Shown here: in pieces, positions 62,544 to 64,000 of the stretch
Layout of the letters: the number at the start of each line of letters is the position of its first letter
How positions within the stretch are numbered: position 1 is the first letter of the stretch
Assembly: GCA_000320545.1 (NCBI GenBank)
Contig: ADNK01001706.1
Location: 1-64,000 of the forward strand
Reading direction: 5' to 3'
Origin: Bigelowiella natans CCMP2755
Lineage: Eukaryota > Protista > Cercozoa
Length of the DNA stretch: 64,000 nucleotides
Made by a program: the position numbers and the translations under genes
The notes under the pieces: model-generated
The model's database searches: none
What the model saw: only the letters and a program-made list of their open reading frames with translations
What the model was told of the DNA's origin: nothing

Positions 62544-63386
62544 ATGGGCGCTATTATCTCCAAGGTACCTGCCCCCGAACAGTTTTATGACCAGGTGGAG
62601 GTTCCCAAGGCCAATCTAACAACCATGAGTGGTTTTGGGTTGGGAGTCTACATCATCTGCGCGGTGGCTTTTATATTAAGCATCTTCTATTACAAGGACC
62701 AGACAGTCGATCTTTCTAAGACCGAAACTACAGTATCACTGAATGGATATGAGGACTGGAATTGTGTGATTCTCACTCCTCTGACTCGCGTGCTCCCTTC
62801 GGGTCTCGATACGGATCCCAGCGGTCTCGGCGGTGGCGTATGCACAGTGAGCAGCAGTGGGACGTCTAGCTATGAGGATTTGTATTTTGAAAAGTACAGT
62901 GACTGCGGCATTAATGCAACCTCCGCATGGACCTACACCGTGACGAATGTTACAACGGGCATCAATGAGAAACTTCAGATTAATGTCAAGTATCCCTCTA
63001 CAAACGGAGAATTGGTCCTGAAGACATTCGAAGCTTTAGACATGGCAGGTTTTGGGGGCTGCGACGTGGCTAGCATTGCATCCGGGATTATTCAGGCATA
63101 CGCAGGACGAAATCTGTGCCGATACTGGGTTGCGAAGCCGCCGTACCAGTGCAAGATAGAGTATAGCGAAAAACTCTTTAAGCTTCCTGACACACTTGCG
63201 CTCTCATTCTCGTCAGCAAATCTTGCGTTTACCGTGATGGTCGCTGTGTTCAGTTTAATTTTGGACAAGTGTTTCGCGGACCATCCAGACCGTCACATCG
63301 CCGAAGATTCGAAGACGGGTCATTTGTCAAAACTCCCACAAGGCCGCAGCAGTCAAGGTGTGACAGGTTCCGATGCGGCTCTCTAG
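62544..63386 (+). CDS. Intronless 280-aa two-TM membrane protein with Cys-containing loop, unknown function
   Basis: Clean ATG-TAG ORF; TM1 FGLGVYIICAVAFILSIFYY, TM2 LALSFSSANLAFTVMVAVFSLIL. Confidence 0.6.
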   Translation: MGAIISKVPAPEQFYDQVEVPKANLTTMSGFGLGVYIICAVAFILSIFYYKDQTVDLSKTETTVSLNGYEDWNCVILTPLTRVLPSGLDTDPSGLGGGVCTVSSSGTSSYEDLYFEKYSDCGINATSAWTYTVTNVTTGINEKLQINVKYPSTNGELVLKTFEALDMAGFGGCDVASIASGIIQAYAGRNLCRYWVAKPPYQCKIEYSEKLFKLPDTLALSFSSANLAFTVMVAVFSLILDKCFADHPDRHIAEDSKTGHLSKLPQGRSSQGVTGSDAAL

Positions 63387-63543
63387 AGAATTAGTTTCGA
63401 TGTTCAACATGGCTTCAGATGCACGGGTAGCTATGCAACAACGCCTGATTACGTTGCTTTTTGGCAATTAATCGTTGGAATTGCAGCGAAAAATTGCACC
63501 ATCCTGACCGCCATTTGAGGCTTCCCTGTGGCTGCGTGAAATT

Positions 63544-63617
63544 TAGTAATAGCATATATAATATATATATGATATTACGTGTCTATAAGCTATGCTTATA
63601 ATAGACATAGTAATAGC

Positions 63618-63655
<38 letters not shown>

Positions 63656-63670
63656 ATCACGTGTCTATAA
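63544..63670. repeat. Tandem duplication with (TA)n core and an intervening fold-back
   Basis: tagtaatagcatatataat(at)n gatat[t/c]acgtgtctataa at 63544-63588 and 63608-63670. Confidence 0.8.
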
Positions 63671-63679
63671 TTTTACATG

Positions 63680-64000
63680 CCCTGTTCGCCACGAAATGCA
63701 AATCATGCAACTGCGCCCGGTGAGCAAATGCGCGCGCCAGTGCATGTTCTCCATCATGTAATGTAACCAAGTTTGAGCAAATGAGACAAGCACGGCACCT
63801 GAACAACATTTCAACAAATTCAAATCGCTTTGAGTGTCGTTGCTTTCATTGCTAGATTGCACTGCTAGTGAGAAGGATGCAATATGAAGTGGTCAAATCT
63901 TTTCAACAGTCCTCCAAACGTAGCCATGCAAAGCAGATTGCACTGGCCACTTGCTGAGATCAGCATGTAGTTTGGCGGGGGAAAATGAAAGTCGAGATTA
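63680..64000. other. Start of another TpA-poor domain
   Basis: TG/CA-rich, few TA; runs off the window. Confidence 0.5.

Overview
Gene-dense eukaryotic nuclear DNA with many short GT-AG introns. The host is a photosynthetic protist: an LPA3/DUF1995 gene with a signal-peptide-plus-transit-type leader suggests a secondary-plastid alga, possibly a chlorarachniophyte (inference). About 17 protein genes can be read, including kinesin-14, ELOF1, a telobox Myb protein, a SPRY protein, a TMUB-like protein, rhodanese, an HD hydrolase, EAF6, an RBR-like protein, a bacterial-type GS-like ligase, LPA3, a GT47 exostosin, a membrane-anchored MAP3K-like kinase and a yellow/MRJP protein. There is also a young Ty3/gypsy LTR element with identical 326-bp LTRs and a 5'-truncated LINE relic. 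The main result is a set of about ten non-genic domains from which the dinucleotide TpA has been almost erased, except inside CTAG, while CpG is kept. Duplicated sequence pairs in the window, including a dead copy of a live exon, show the direction is TA->TG/CA. This fits a strand-symmetric A->G mutator acting at TA(A/C/T) and sparing TAG, like a 'reverse RIP'. The Ty3/gypsy element sits in one such domain, is itself unmutated, and carries a degenerate DIRS/phage-Dam-like N6-adenine methyltransferase domain at the integrase C-terminus. All calls are by eye, with no database searches; novelty needs checking.
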